Source: a virus | Strand: one strand, 5' to 3' | Virus record (IMG/VR): IMGVR_UViG_3300045988_065440 | Span: 17,176-81,175 of that record | Length of the DNA: 64,000 bases | Shown here: in pieces, positions 36,701 through 45,467 of the stretch | How the letters are laid out: each line of letters begins with the position of its first letter | Numbering within the stretch: the stretch's first letter is position 1 | Position numbers and translations under genes: made by a program | The notes under the pieces: model-generated | What the model saw: the letters and a program-made list of their open reading frames with translations, nothing else | Databases searched by the model: none | What the model was told of the DNA's origin: nothing

Positions 36701-37035
36701 CCAAACGTTACAAGGATATCGGTGGATCCATAATTCCATCCGAAATCGAAGAATGGTACAAAATAGAACCAGTCTGGGCGAAATACAAAGACGGTTATCT
36801 TGCGGAAGGCGACGAAAACGAGGGACGCTATCTGCCTATGTTCATTGCGGAGGATGTAGAAGAACATTTTCCACAGGCAGCTACACATGTGAACAATCAG
36901 ATAGAAGACTGGAACTACCGTATGATGATCCCGGCAATGTTCGCAATGATTAAACAGCAAAAATCCGAAATAGACAACCTAAAAGAGGATATCAAAGAAC
37001 TGAGAAAAATTATAAAAGAAATGAGAGGTGAATAA
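33718..37035 (+). CDS. tail-associated / tail fibre protein with C-terminal S74 intramolecular chaperone domain
   Basis: 1105 aa. The C-terminus SSSKRYKDI...EDWNYRMMIPAMFAMIKQQKSEIDNLKEDIKELR matches the peptidase S74 auto-cleaving chaperone domain of phage fibres. Confidence 0.8.
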   Translation: MRNLSSNWKEKVKNGMDVQYLKYADITLTDGTVLNLTSADLWQNGLSFEDSVSSDSTFDIGSAIVNVLDLSINNFNGEYSGYDFEGAEVVAYVGLELDNETTEKIRICTMTVVEQPEDETVTIDLTCEDNMRKFDRNYSDSKLKYPATRGQIIRDACEVCGVTLQTTSFDRDDYIVQIRPDNEALTFRQVLQWVAQIGCQWLRCDEYGRLCVKWYDTEKTDAQEIDTTYGFTPQHTDVVITGIQVTEYSDSSNEEPESYMVGTQGYVLAISDNKLIRKGDGQTIASMIAEKCVGMIFRPFESQCPTDVALEAGDAITIEDRNGNLYNTYLTTTTLQPGAGQNIACNAKSAAKNSTVRYGQLTQAYVDARKLVKKEQTARERAIQNLEESLSIGSGLFATYVKQEDGSTISYFHDKAKLEDSTNVIKITSEAVGVSNDGGKTYPFGFQLTGTMIAKLLYAEGINADFINAGALTIKDGQGNIIFSVNMDTNSVYINPEYLMIGDVSLSDKIKELDENVAAAKNMTMTLSNEYQAISTDENGNIPGEFPQVQTTAQVMYGTMDVTDDCSYTITESENVTGIWDKSTHTYTVSEVTADNVWVDIKAVYLNALTITKRFSVSKQKSGTPGRTYVLESSTTILKKESENSITPNVVIFSAYYRDGKNTGRTDYAGRFVIEETSDGKTWKTAYSSVADETSVNYYADYVFADSDGVLVADSDGSLIGARSKDIVGLRCSLYASGGTTNLIDTVKLDVITEVTALTQEDILKLLTNDGEWKGVYRGADGELYISFSAAMGGLLKLGGKNNGNGVLHIYDTYGRVKATLNYNGLVVYDTPLNPDTTTSQKYSGLLFNGASIKPVDGTTNLIDDDEIIEIDTDGIFYGRYVSDDGSPIFDAEFSILYAYKFDCNDFSCNGGNAKLESVKTDSAEIKDATITNAVITNLKNVVITNSRLEGDVIGSISGTASLKSLKLTNLQSATDGAALIVSSSGMVFKRSSSSKRYKDIGGSIIPSEIEEWYKIEPVWAKYKDGYLAEGDENEGRYLPMFIAEDVEEHFPQAATHVNNQIEDWNYRMMIPAMFAMIKQQKSEIDNLKEDIKELRKIIKEMRGE

Positions 37036-37036
37036 T

Positions 37037-37447
37037 ATGGCAGATGCATTAAATGTAAAGAAAATCGGCGCATTCGCAGACAACACGGCACCGGCAGATA
37101 CAGATTGTTTCTTGACAGCTACGGGAAATGTGGCAAAGAAAACAACCGTGGCGCAGGCAAAAGAGCTTTTCGGTGTATCTTCTGGATTGAAATTATTGGC
37201 AGCCACAACGGTTAAATTCAAAGTTCCGTCTATTGCGAGTGGAGCGTATACAGGAAATATAACCACAGCATTTAAAACTGTTGATGGGGCAACCGTATTT
37301 GTTCCGGTGTATCTGGCGAGCGGATGGCTTACACCTTCAAGCTGTTCGGCTATTGCCGGCAGCCTGAAGGTAGGCTTTGTCAACCCCACTGCAAACACAC
37401 ATAGCACCGATGCAACATTTCTTGTTTTACAATTTGCTGAATTTTAG
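37037..37447 (+). CDS. hypothetical tail-fibre-associated protein
   Basis: ATG 37037 with a GAGGTG SD. Lies between the fibre and endolysin genes. Confidence 0.55.
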   Translation: MADALNVKKIGAFADNTAPADTDCFLTATGNVAKKTTVAQAKELFGVSSGLKLLAATTVKFKVPSIASGAYTGNITTAFKTVDGATVFVPVYLASGWLTPSSCSAIAGSLKVGFVNPTANTHSTDATFLVLQFAEF

Positions 37448-37464
37448 AAAGAGAGGACAAAAGA

Positions 37465-39132
37465 ATGCTCAAAGAAAATATCACAGTACTCAGAAAAATC
37501 CTGTATGCGGTTGAAACTGGTGGACAGGTATATGGAAAACAACGTTACAATGCGTTCATTGGTGCCGGTGCAAACACTCCGAATGAAAAAGCAATCACTA
37601 TCGGAGCTGGTCAGTGGTATGCAGGCGAAGCCAAACGGCTCTTACAGAAAATACAGAGAGGAAATCCGGCACTATTCAAAAAAATGGACACTCAGGGGCT
37701 TGAATCTGACCTGTTGAAAAAGAACTGGTCTACCTATGCGATTTCCCCGTCATCCGCAAAAGCAAAATGTATCATTTCTATCATCAGTTCCAATCTCGGT
37801 ATCAAGTGTCAGGATGAGCTGATGGAAGAACAGATCACCGAGTATTCTGAAAGTATCGCGAAGAAATACGGAACCATGCCGGACGATGCCATGATGGAAT
37901 GTATCAACATTATTCATCAGGGCGGCGCATCTGCATTACAGAGGATACTGAGTAAGGCTAAAAAGCCTTATACTTCAGAAACCATCTATGCAGCATTATG
38001 CACAGACCCAGCAGACCCGAGATCGAATCAGGTTGGTGACTACACAACAAGACAGAAGAAGGTCATCGAGATGATTCGGGTATATGCAAAAAAGGAGGCA
38101 ACGACAGTGGCAAAAACAAAATTACAAAAATTCACAGAACTCGGTGATTATTACGCAAACAATGGCGGCAATAAACCGTATCTGGAAAAACGCACAAACG
38201 CTTATCTTGATGATTTCCAGAAAAATGCCGGATACAATAACTATACCAAATTTGCCCGTGATGTAGATAATTGGGGACAGCCGGGATGTCAGGGACAGCC
38301 ATGGTGCGCAGAGTTCCAGTTCTGGAAGTTGGCGAAAGTCTTAGGTATTACAAAAGCATTGCAGATCATGGGTGGTGGATTCTACAACTGCAAGAGTGTT
38401 ACAAACCACGCTAAATCCAATGGAACATGGCACAAATCACCAAAAGTAGGAGCTTTGATTATTTTTAGAAATGGTTCCCATATAGGCTCTGTTCGTAGTT
38501 TTAACAGTAATACGGTATATACCAATGAAGGAAATACTTCCAGTGCAGCGGGCGTAGTAGCAAATGGTGGAGCTGTTCGAAATAAATCCTACGCTATCAG
38601 TGATCCGGTAATCGACGGCTATATCTGGATTACATGGGGAGATGAGAAAACTTCTACAGAGACATGGAAAGCAACCGGCACGGTCACATCTACAGTTGAT
38701 GCCCTGTACATCCGCGAGGAACCGAATGGTTATGTTCTCGGACAGATCAACAAGGGAAATCGCGTAGAAATTAACGGTGAGAAATCCGGTATGTGGACGA
38801 AAGTCAAAGTTGTTGGAATCGGCATTGGATGGGCGGCAACTAAGTATTTGCAAGTTGACGGAGCTGAAAACAAACCGACTACAATCACCAACAAGCAGAA
38901 CAAGACGCAGCGTCTCTTTGTCGGAAAAGTATCTGCGGCATCTACGGTTGTACGCACGTGGGCCGGTGGCAACTATCCGTCTATTAAGAAATGGCCTAAG
39001 CTTGTGAGAGGCAACCTTGTTGACGTGATGAATTTCACTCAGAAAGCAACAAACGGTGTTTCATGGCACTATGTCCGCATTGCAGGCAAGTACTACGGAT
39101 TTGTGGCTGTAAAAGATATTTGCAAAGTGTAA
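37465..39132 (+). CDS. multidomain endolysin (N-terminal muralytic domain, CHAP/amidase_5-like, two SH3b-like repeats)
   Basis: GQPWCAEFQFW...GSHIGSV is Cys/His CHAP-like. C-terminal repeats ...LYIREEPNG...GMWTKVKV and ...GVSWHYVRIAGKYYGFV are SH3b-like. Confidence 0.75.
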   Translation: MLKENITVLRKILYAVETGGQVYGKQRYNAFIGAGANTPNEKAITIGAGQWYAGEAKRLLQKIQRGNPALFKKMDTQGLESDLLKKNWSTYAISPSSAKAKCIISIISSNLGIKCQDELMEEQITEYSESIAKKYGTMPDDAMMECINIIHQGGASALQRILSKAKKPYTSETIYAALCTDPADPRSNQVGDYTTRQKKVIEMIRVYAKKEATTVAKTKLQKFTELGDYYANNGGNKPYLEKRTNAYLDDFQKNAGYNNYTKFARDVDNWGQPGCQGQPWCAEFQFWKLAKVLGITKALQIMGGGFYNCKSVTNHAKSNGTWHKSPKVGALIIFRNGSHIGSVRSFNSNTVYTNEGNTSSAAGVVANGGAVRNKSYAISDPVIDGYIWITWGDEKTSTETWKATGTVTSTVDALYIREEPNGYVLGQINKGNRVEINGEKSGMWTKVKVVGIGIGWAATKYLQVDGAENKPTTITNKQNKTQRLFVGKVSAASTVVRTWAGGNYPSIKKWPKLVRGNLVDVMNFTQKATNGVSWHYVRIAGKYYGFVAVKDICKV

Positions 39133-39197
39133 CAAGTGTGATATAATAAATATACCATAATTCAACTCCTCCCCAGAGTTTAAGCATGGACTCAAAA

Positions 39198-39237
39198 AAA
39201 GAGATGGTCTGTTTCTTCCTTGACAGACCATCTCTTT
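39198..39237. terminator. bidirectional terminator between endolysin and minus-strand block
   Basis: AAAGAGATGGTCTG/CAGACCATCTCTTT 14-bp stem flanked by A-run and T-run. Confidence 0.7.
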
Positions 39238-39241
39238 TGCT

Positions 39242-39940
39242 TCACTTAATAATGTATTCCCAATATTGATTTTTAATATCCGCATATCCGTTCTTACGAA
39301 TCAACACTTTATCCCCGGAAAACATCGTAAAATCAGAATCCAGCTTTTGCACATAATCCATGTTTACAACAAATGACTTATGGCAACGCAAAAACCGTTT
39401 ATCAAGGTAAGGCTCAACCGACTTTAAAGTTGCATACATACTGTGCATAATCCCGTTCGTGCAATGAACAAAAACTTGCTTATCCCGTGCTTCGAGGTAC
39501 TCGATTTTGTTCAATGGAATCCTTATAATGCAATCTCTGTGTCTGATTGTGAGCATCTTGTGTTTCATATCACTCAAGGTATTGTCAATCATAGAAAACA
39601 TTCTTCCGTGTTCATTTCCCTTGATGATATAATGCGTAAATTCAACATCCAACGCATCAAAAACAAAATCCTTGTGAGCTGTCCAGAAAGCAATTTTGCC
39701 CTTATATCCACACTCTCGGAGTTCTTTGGCAATATCCACGCCATTTTCGTTTTTAAGTATTACATCCAAGACAATCATATCAAACCATTTTCCGTCCTTA
39801 ACATCATCTATCAAGGGTTCCCCACTGAAATAACCGTCTATCGTATAATTCCGGTCACCGTTTTGCTTCAAAAACGGTTCAATCCGATGCTTAAAATACT
39901 CAACCTGTAGTTCACAATCGTCACAAATAGCAATTTTCAT
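39242..39940 (-). CDS. LytTR/AgrA-family response regulator (orphan)
   Basis: Receiver domain MKIAICDD...DMIVLDV. C-terminal LytTR domain ...IEYLEARDKQVFVHCTNG...LRCHKSFVVNMDYV. ATG 39940 with a GGAAGGTG SD. Confidence 0.8.
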   Translation of the reverse strand: MKIAICDDCELQVEYFKHRIEPFLKQNGDRNYTIDGYFSGEPLIDDVKDGKWFDMIVLDVILKNENGVDIAKELRECGYKGKIAFWTAHKDFVFDALDVEFTHYIIKGNEHGRMFSMIDNTLSDMKHKMLTIRHRDCIIRIPLNKIEYLEARDKQVFVHCTNGIMHSMYATLKSVEPYLDKRFLRCHKSFVVNMDYVQKLDSDFTMFSGDKVLIRKNGYADIKNQYWEYIIK

Positions 39941-40188
39941 AGTAATCACCTTCCGTTTATCGCCTACGCTTCAACTTTCATCAGATTATCCTCATCTAAT
40001 CAATTAATTATGGTAATATAGTAGCACTGAAACGGAAATGTGTAAATAGTTCAGCAGAAGTTCGAAAAAAATCGACATCTTAATACGTTGGTACAGCCTG
40101 CCAGATTACTCTGGGGAGGAGATGTGATCGTGAATGCAGGTTTTGCCATAAAAAGAGCCGGGGAGTAAAATCCTCGGCTCGTTGCTGT

Positions 40189-40311
40189 TTATCCTTTGAA
40201 AATACGACCGCAACTTTTACATTGGTATTTTGTGGAGAACAATCCTTTACTAACGATCTGAACATTAGCACTACGACAAGTAAGAGCAGGGCATTTTATC
40301 TTTTGAGTCAC
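40189..40311 (-). CDS. possible 40-aa zinc-ribbon peptide
   Basis: GTG start. CPALTC...CKSC. Followed by hairpin GAGCCGAGG/CCCCGGCTC and a T-run on the minus strand. The SD is weak. Confidence 0.3.
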   Translation of the reverse strand: MTQKIKCPALTCRSANVQIVSKGLFSTKYQCKSCGRIFKG

Positions 40312-40334
40312 TTTATCTATTTTCTTTCTTTTCC

Positions 40335-40853
40335 TCATTTAACATCCCTCACGTTTTCGATATATTTTGGCATAAACCACGCTGAATTGTGACCGCTCCA
40401 ATAGTCGATACCATAATCAATAATTTCCCCATAAAGTGTCAAGTAAGTCCCTGGAACATAGTCTGTATTTTTGAAATCATAATCATTGGAGTATAGAATA
40501 CCCACGTCATTGCCGCTTCCGTAGCTGTCGGTATCTTTTGAATAAATGCCAACAAGACTGCAATTACTGCTAAGATTATACTTTTCAGTCTTGTCGGAGA
40601 TCATTAAATCATAAGGGTCTATTGTTGCAGTGCCTTCAACGTAAAGATCTATTTTGACAAACTGACCTTCCAGACTTTTCTTTGAGAAAGTAATATCTTC
40701 ATACCACATTTCGGTACATTTTTTCTTGTATTCTTCCTCTGATAAAGAATTCATGTCTGTTTCTTCTTGAGTCATTTCAGCGTCTGCATAGACTTCTATG
40801 GGGCAAGCGCATAAAATTCCTGACAGCATTGCAACTATAAGTTTTCTTCTCAT
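40335..40853 (-). CDS. secreted protein (signal peptide)
   Basis: MRRKLIVAMLSGILCAC...ADA; AAGGAGG SD. Confidence 0.65.
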   Translation of the reverse strand: MRRKLIVAMLSGILCACPIEVYADAEMTQEETDMNSLSEEEYKKKCTEMWYEDITFSKKSLEGQFVKIDLYVEGTATIDPYDLMISDKTEKYNLSSNCSLVGIYSKDTDSYGSGNDVGILYSNDYDFKNTDYVPGTYLTLYGEIIDYGIDYWSGHNSAWFMPKYIENVRDVK

Positions 40854-41039
40854 GGTGCATTCCTCCTTGGTAAAATTTGCATATATTATACCGCAAGAAT
40901 CGACAATAGCATAGTCAAAACCGAAATATTTTTCATATTTTTATCCATTAAAAATGCAGTTTTATCGTTTTGCCCGATTAATTTGCACAAAAAGTGGTAT
41001 AACTAAGTACATAAATTATAGACTAAAGAGGTATATATT

Positions 41040-41381
41040 ATGAGGAAGATTGAGAGATTGCTGATCGCAGCAGGAGTAATTCTCTTTGCCAACTACATAA
41101 TCCACTTGCCAATGTGCGTGAAAGACTATGCCAATAAGGATTTTGGTATATACTCAACCCAAACTATGCACAAGCATTCAACGCTTACTATGAGCACGGT
41201 TTTGAAACCGGCGTCTAAATCTACGCTCAAATTCTACATTTCACCGCACAAATCAGATTTTATCTTTGACTACACAAATAATTTCTATGCGATCATAAAT
41301 ATTCCAGTCTATCTCTGGCAGTTTGCAAGGGCGAATATTAATCCATGTGTCCTGTTTTCATTGGACTTACGGAAAATATGA
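41040..41381 (+). CDS. hypothetical membrane protein
   Basis: N-terminal TM LLIAAGVILFANYII; AGAGGT SD. Confidence 0.45.
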   Translation: MRKIERLLIAAGVILFANYIIHLPMCVKDYANKDFGIYSTQTMHKHSTLTMSTVLKPASKSTLKFYISPHKSDFIFDYTNNFYAIINIPVYLWQFARANINPCVLFSLDLRKI

Positions 41382-41459
41382 TAAAAATAAATGTTCGAAT
41401 GCATATTTTTCACTGTCCAGACATATACTGTAGTAAAGTTTCAATTGGGAGGGTTATTT

Positions 41460-41567
41460 ATGGATTATAAGAAAGAGATTATTGAATTATTAGATAAGGT
41501 AAAATTAGAAAGTACTTTAAAAAGAGTATACAAGTTGCTGGTATACTTATATTTAAGAGAAGAGTAG
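41460..41567 (+). CDS. hypothetical 35-aa peptide
   Basis: GGGAGGG SD 7 nt upstream; followed by a strong terminator. Confidence 0.4.
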   Translation: MDYKKEIIELLDKVKLESTLKRVYKLLVYLYLREE

Positions 41568-41573
41568 CCTAAA

Positions 41574-41606
41574 ATGCCGCATCTACAGTTAAAGCAGATG
41601 CGGCAT
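41574..41606. terminator. bidirectional terminator
   Basis: ATGCCGCATCT/AGATGCGGCAT 11-bp stem. Confidence 0.65.
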
Positions 41607-41611
41607 AATAA

Positions 41612-42253
41612 TTATTCTGTTTTTAAATCATCTGGCGATGCGGAGAAATAATATTCGAATTCGGAACTGTCATAATCGCTGCCTAACATTGAATTTATTT
41701 TGTCCGCAATAGATGTTCCTAATTCCTCTCCGAATTCAGCGTCTTCAACTTTTGTTCTTTTATATTCTGTAAAAATGTTTCCCCAGTCGTCTTGTGTGCC
41801 TGCATAGTAAATCTGGATGAGATCGCCGTCTTCTTTAGGATTTAAGTAAGATAAGGTTTTATCTGTTACGTTTATCATACTTTTAGGAAAAAATACTTTT
41901 TGAACATCACAGGAATTAAAAGCAGCATCATATATTTCAGTAATTCCTTCTTGAAAAATAACTGATTCAACATGAGAACTTCCAATTCCGATCTGGAAAT
42001 CTGATAAATCTGTTGCGTAGTCTGTTCCGTCAATATTGTATGATGGAAGAATTTCTAAAATTTTGCACTTGCCATCATAACCGTGCAATTTCACAGAGTT
42101 TCCCTCTATATCATAATCAAAATCACCGATTACACCGTACTTTTCAGAATCATCCTTTTGAACTTCAACGCCAGTCACGCCACCTGCATAAGTTGGAGTA
42201 GAAACTCCTAAAATTGCAAAAGTACAAAATGCAATTAATAGCTTTTTCTTCAT
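41612..42253 (-). CDS. secreted BspA-type leucine-rich-repeat protein
   Basis: MKKKLLIAFCTFAILGVSTPTYA signal peptide. ...ITEIYDAAFNSCDVQKVFFPKSM... is LRR_5-like. Start chosen at the ATG 9 nt after GGAGG. Confidence 0.6.
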   Translation of the reverse strand: MKKKLLIAFCTFAILGVSTPTYAGGVTGVEVQKDDSEKYGVIGDFDYDIEGNSVKLHGYDGKCKILEILPSYNIDGTDYATDLSDFQIGIGSSHVESVIFQEGITEIYDAAFNSCDVQKVFFPKSMINVTDKTLSYLNPKEDGDLIQIYYAGTQDDWGNIFTEYKRTKVEDAEFGEELGTSIADKINSMLGSDYDSSEFEYYFSASPDDLKTE

Positions 42254-42361
42254 AGACATTTCCTCCTTGGTATTAGTTGATTTTATTATATCACTATAAA
42301 TCAAAACAACAAAGCAGAATATAAAAAAGACCAGAGTTTTTTATTCTCTGGCCTTTCTTTT

Positions 42362-42724
42362 TTAATTGTTTTCCAATTCTGTTAGGATTTCTTGGAGTTG
42401 CTTCCAATGTTCATCACTGAGCTTTGCGAACTTTACAAGAATTTTCTTAGCAAAGTCATTATCCCCGGTCATTACCGAATCAACGATAGCCTGCGCATCA
42501 CTATCGTCGCTTTGGAACATATCTCCGATTCCGTTTACGAGCCAGTCATAATTGACTTTGTAGCTGGCACATATTAGTTTGATGTTCTTTTCGGATAGAT
42601 CACGTTGACCGTTTTCAATCATGGACAATGCCGCTTGTTTAATTGCGAGTGTCTCTGCGAAGTCTTTCTGATTCTTTCCTAATTGTTTACGAAGAATCGA
42701 AACTCTTTCATTTATTGTTTCCAA
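42362..42724 (-). CDS. XRE-family (CI-like) repressor
   Basis: HTH LGKNQKDFAETLAIKQAALSMIENGQRDLS. TTG start with an AAGGAGG SD. Divergent from the early operon. Confidence 0.8.
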   Translation of the reverse strand: METINERVSILRKQLGKNQKDFAETLAIKQAALSMIENGQRDLSEKNIKLICASYKVNYDWLVNGIGDMFQSDDSDAQAIVDSVMTGDNDFAKKILVKFAKLSDEHWKQLQEILTELENN

Positions 42725-42751
42725 TGCTTGTTCCTCCTTTCAATATTATAA

Positions 42752-42841
42752 TATCACTAGAGTGATAAAAAGTCAACAAAAATGTAATATCATGCTTGAC
42801 AAAATATTACTCTAGTGATATATTATAATCACACAAGTGAT
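42752..42841. promoter_or_regulatory. genetic switch: three ATCAC-N-GTGAT operators with divergent promoters
   Basis: TATCACTAGAGTGATA (42752-42767), TATTACTCTAGTGATA (42805-42820), ATCACACAAGTGAT (42828-42841). Rightward TTGACA (42796-42801), 17 nt, TATATT. Leftward TTGACT, 17 nt, TATTAT. Confidence 0.7.
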
Positions 42842-42860
42842 ACAGAAAGGAGTGAGAGGA

Positions 42861-43022
42861 ATGACAGGTGATAGACGAGAAGCGTTTAGAAAAATGGTAG
42901 AACGTTTTAATAATCTGCCAGAGAAAAAGCAAGATCAAATGCTCTGGTATGGAAAAGCAATCATTGATATAGAGGAAAGCGAATCCAGTAAAAAAGAACC
43001 TGCAACAGTAAAAAGTGATTAA
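42861..43022 (+). CDS. small protein in Cro position
   Basis: ATG 42861 with an AAAGGAG SD. First gene of the rightward operon. Confidence 0.5.
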   Translation: MTGDRREAFRKMVERFNNLPEKKQDQMLWYGKAIIDIEESESSKKEPATVKSD

Positions 43023-43848
43023 GAAAGGAGTGATAAGCACGAACCAGTTAGTACATATTGGAAATTCAGACATTTCCATAAAAGAGTATAACGGTCAGCG
43101 AGTTGTAACGTTCAAAGATATTGACATGGTACACGGTAGACCAGACGGAACAGCAAGCAGAAATTTTAGAACCAACAGAGAGCGTTTCATAGAGGGTGAA
43201 GATTTCTTCCGAGTAAGCGCCGACGAAATTCGTCGCACCAAAATTTTTGACATTCCAGACAAGGCAACTTCTGATTACGCCCTTATGACAGAACAAGGAT
43301 ATCTGATGTTAGTAAAGTCTTTTACAGACAATTTAGCATGGGATGTTCAGAGACAGCTTGTGAATGGATATTTCAAAACCAGAGAAAAAGTAAAAAGGGC
43401 ATTATCACCAGAACTTCAAATGTTGCAGGGACTACTTTCACAAATGGTAGAGAAAGAACTTGCTGATAAAGAAAGAGACCGGCAGATTTTGCTTGCCAAA
43501 GAAACAGCAGATAAAGCTGTTGCGACTACAGAGAATATCAAAGAAGCAGTTAAACCGGTGTTCGATAACTGGCGTTCAGAAATCAATTTGAAATTCAATC
43601 GCATACAAAAATGTGCAGGAGCAGAGTTCAGAATGCTGAGAACAGAAATGTATCAAGAATTGGAACGCAGAGCAGGATGTGATTTGAGTACTAGGCTGAG
43701 GAACAAACGCAACCGTATGCAAGAAAAAGGGTGTACGAAGACAACGATTAATGCACTCAATAAAATGGATATCATTGACGATGATAAAAAGTTGCGTGAG
43801 ATTTTCTCAAAGATCGTAACTGAATACGAAATTAAATATTGTGCGTAG
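43015..43848 (+). CDS. antirepressor (ORF6N/KilA-N-like plus ORF6C)
   Basis: ...IKEYNGQRVVTFKDIDMVHGRPDGTASRNF...EGEDFF...EQGYLMLVKSF... matches the ORF6N domain. The start codon is uncertain. Confidence 0.7.
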   Translation: MIKKGVISTNQLVHIGNSDISIKEYNGQRVVTFKDIDMVHGRPDGTASRNFRTNRERFIEGEDFFRVSADEIRRTKIFDIPDKATSDYALMTEQGYLMLVKSFTDNLAWDVQRQLVNGYFKTREKVKRALSPELQMLQGLLSQMVEKELADKERDRQILLAKETADKAVATTENIKEAVKPVFDNWRSEINLKFNRIQKCAGAEFRMLRTEMYQELERRAGCDLSTRLRNKRNRMQEKGCTKTTINALNKMDIIDDDKKLREIFSKIVTEYEIKYCA

Positions 43849-43864
43849 AAAGGAAGTGAACAAT

Positions 43865-43960
43865 ATGTCAGATTTTGACAAAGGCTACATCCTTGGAAAA
43901 GTAGAAAGCCTTTCTTCTGATAAGAAAGACGATGATTCTGATAAGAAAGAAAGTTCTTAA
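43865..43960 (+). CDS. hypothetical 31-aa acidic peptide
   Basis: GAAAGGAAG SD; below the track cutoff. Confidence 0.3.
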   Translation: MSDFDKGYILGKVESLSSDKKDDDSDKKESS

Positions 43961-43978
43961 CTGAAAGGAGGTAATCAA

Positions 43979-44062
43979 ATGGATTTGTACGATGTAGCAC
44001 TTTTGTTTTCGATTGCAGCAATTATTCTAAATATAATTACTTTTTTCCTAAATCGAAAGTAA
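43979..44062 (+). CDS. hypothetical 27-aa hydrophobic peptide
   Basis: GAAAGGAGG SD 8 nt upstream. MDLYDVALLFSIAAIILNIITFFLNRK forms a single TM. Confidence 0.35.
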   Translation: MDLYDVALLFSIAAIILNIITFFLNRK

Positions 44063-44590
44063 GTCCTTGCTTTCTTTCGGTACTTGAAGTACACAGATTT
44101 TATTTCTTTTGTTTGTAATGATTTTTAACGTAATAAAATCGTTACTTAATTTAACATTGGCAGGAATATCAAACAGGACAATTTCAAATATCCCTTGCGA
44201 TGGTTGTAAAGAGATTGGAAAATCCGCACTGAATATTCTTTCAGTGATGGGAATATCTGTTTCATTGTACTTTGGGTGATAACGTTCAGCAACCCATCTG
44301 TGAGTTAGAACACATGGATATGAAGTACGGCAATGACCTAAAAGCAAAGAAATTCTGGTAATGATTATGGCTGAAGATGAATTGTTCTGAAGAATTAAAC
44401 CTAGTTTGATAGACTGTTCGTTTTCTACATTTAAAGTGCATAGTGTTTCCAATGAAACAGAAATATTTGTTCGTTTGTTCCAAAGCGAATGGATGAATTG
44501 AAATAGAGAAAGAACAAATCCTGCGATTGCAATAACGGTTGTAAGCAAAGACTTATTTTCTGTAACAAATTTAACAATGGTACTCAACAT
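44048..44590 (-). CDS. membrane-anchored hypothetical protein
   Basis: ATG 44590 with a GGAGG SD. N-terminal TM TTVIAIAGFVLSLFQFI. Confidence 0.6.
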   Translation of the reverse strand: MLSTIVKFVTENKSLLTTVIAIAGFVLSLFQFIHSLWNKRTNISVSLETLCTLNVENEQSIKLGLILQNNSSSAIIITRISLLLGHCRTSYPCVLTHRWVAERYHPKYNETDIPITERIFSADFPISLQPSQGIFEIVLFDIPANVKLSNDFITLKIITNKRNKICVLQVPKESKDLLSI

Positions 44591-44640
44591 AATTAAAACC
44601 TCCATTTTTTTAATTAGAGTATACCACAGAAAGGAATGAT

Positions 44641-44841
44641 ATGGTGGAAGAAACAAGTGCATTACTCAAACAGATTTTAGAAGAGCTTAAAGCTATTCGG
44701 AAAGAAGTTGCCCCTACGAGAACAAAAAAAGTAACGCACACGGTAAATATTGACGGGAAGACAATTACCGAATGCGTTACAAGCGGAGTTAGTTCTGCGA
44801 TTCAGAAATCCATTCGTGATATTGACGAAGCAGATTCATAG
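44641..44841 (+). CDS. hypothetical protein
   Basis: 66-aa ORF. Confidence 0.5.
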   Translation: MVEETSALLKQILEELKAIRKEVAPTRTKKVTHTVNIDGKTITECVTSGVSSAIQKSIRDIDEADS

Positions 44842-44921
44842 CGATTGAAGTAGACAATCACATCGAAAAAGAAGATATGCTGCAATTCTTGGAATTGAGT
44901 TCAAAGAAAGGAAAAATAAAA

Positions 44922-45467
44922 ATGCTGTGTTATAAAGGGTTCGATAAAGATTTGAAATGTCAAGATTTCCAGTACGAAACCGGGAAAAAATATTCAGAAG
45001 AAAGTGCTGAAATTTGCGAAAAAGGATTTCATGCGTGTGAATTTCCATTAGATGTATTTAGATATTATGCACCGTCAGATTCAAGATACTGTGAAGTAGA
45101 TTTGGATGCAAACGATCAAAAATCAAATGATAGCAAGAGAGTTGGAAAAAGTATTTCGATCAAAGCTGAGATCGGGATTGCTGGAATCGTAAAAGCCGGT
45201 GTTGAATATATCAAGAACCAAGTTGATTGGAACAATGATAAAAAACCAACACCGGAGACTGTTCAGCGGCAACCAACACCGGATACTGTTCAGCGGCAAC
45301 CAACACCGGATACCGTTCAGCGGCAACCAACACCGGATACCGTTCAGCGGCAACCAACACCGGAAACTGTTCAGCGGCAACCAACACCGGAAACTGTTCA
45401 GCGGCAACCAACACCGGATACTGTTCAGCGGCAACCAACACCGGATACCGTTCAGCGGCAACCGTAG
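44922..45467 (+). CDS. repeat protein, 0-frame product (N-domain plus 8 x PTP[DE]TVQRQ)
   Basis: ATG 44922. Ends at TAG just after the tandem repeats. Confidence 0.45.
   Translation: MLCYKGFDKDLKCQDFQYETGKKYSEESAEICEKGFHACEFPLDVFRYYAPSDSRYCEVDLDANDQKSNDSKRVGKSISIKAEIGIAGIVKAGVEYIKNQVDWNNDKKPTPETVQRQPTPDTVQRQPTPDTVQRQPTPDTVQRQPTPETVQRQPTPETVQRQPTPDTVQRQPTPDTVQRQP

Noticed and set aside
40080-40271. 63-aa minus-strand ORF in the track
   Set aside because: It has no SD and runs through a terminator hairpin. The overlapping 40-aa zinc-ribbon frame (40189..40311) is the more plausible reading, and even that is weak.
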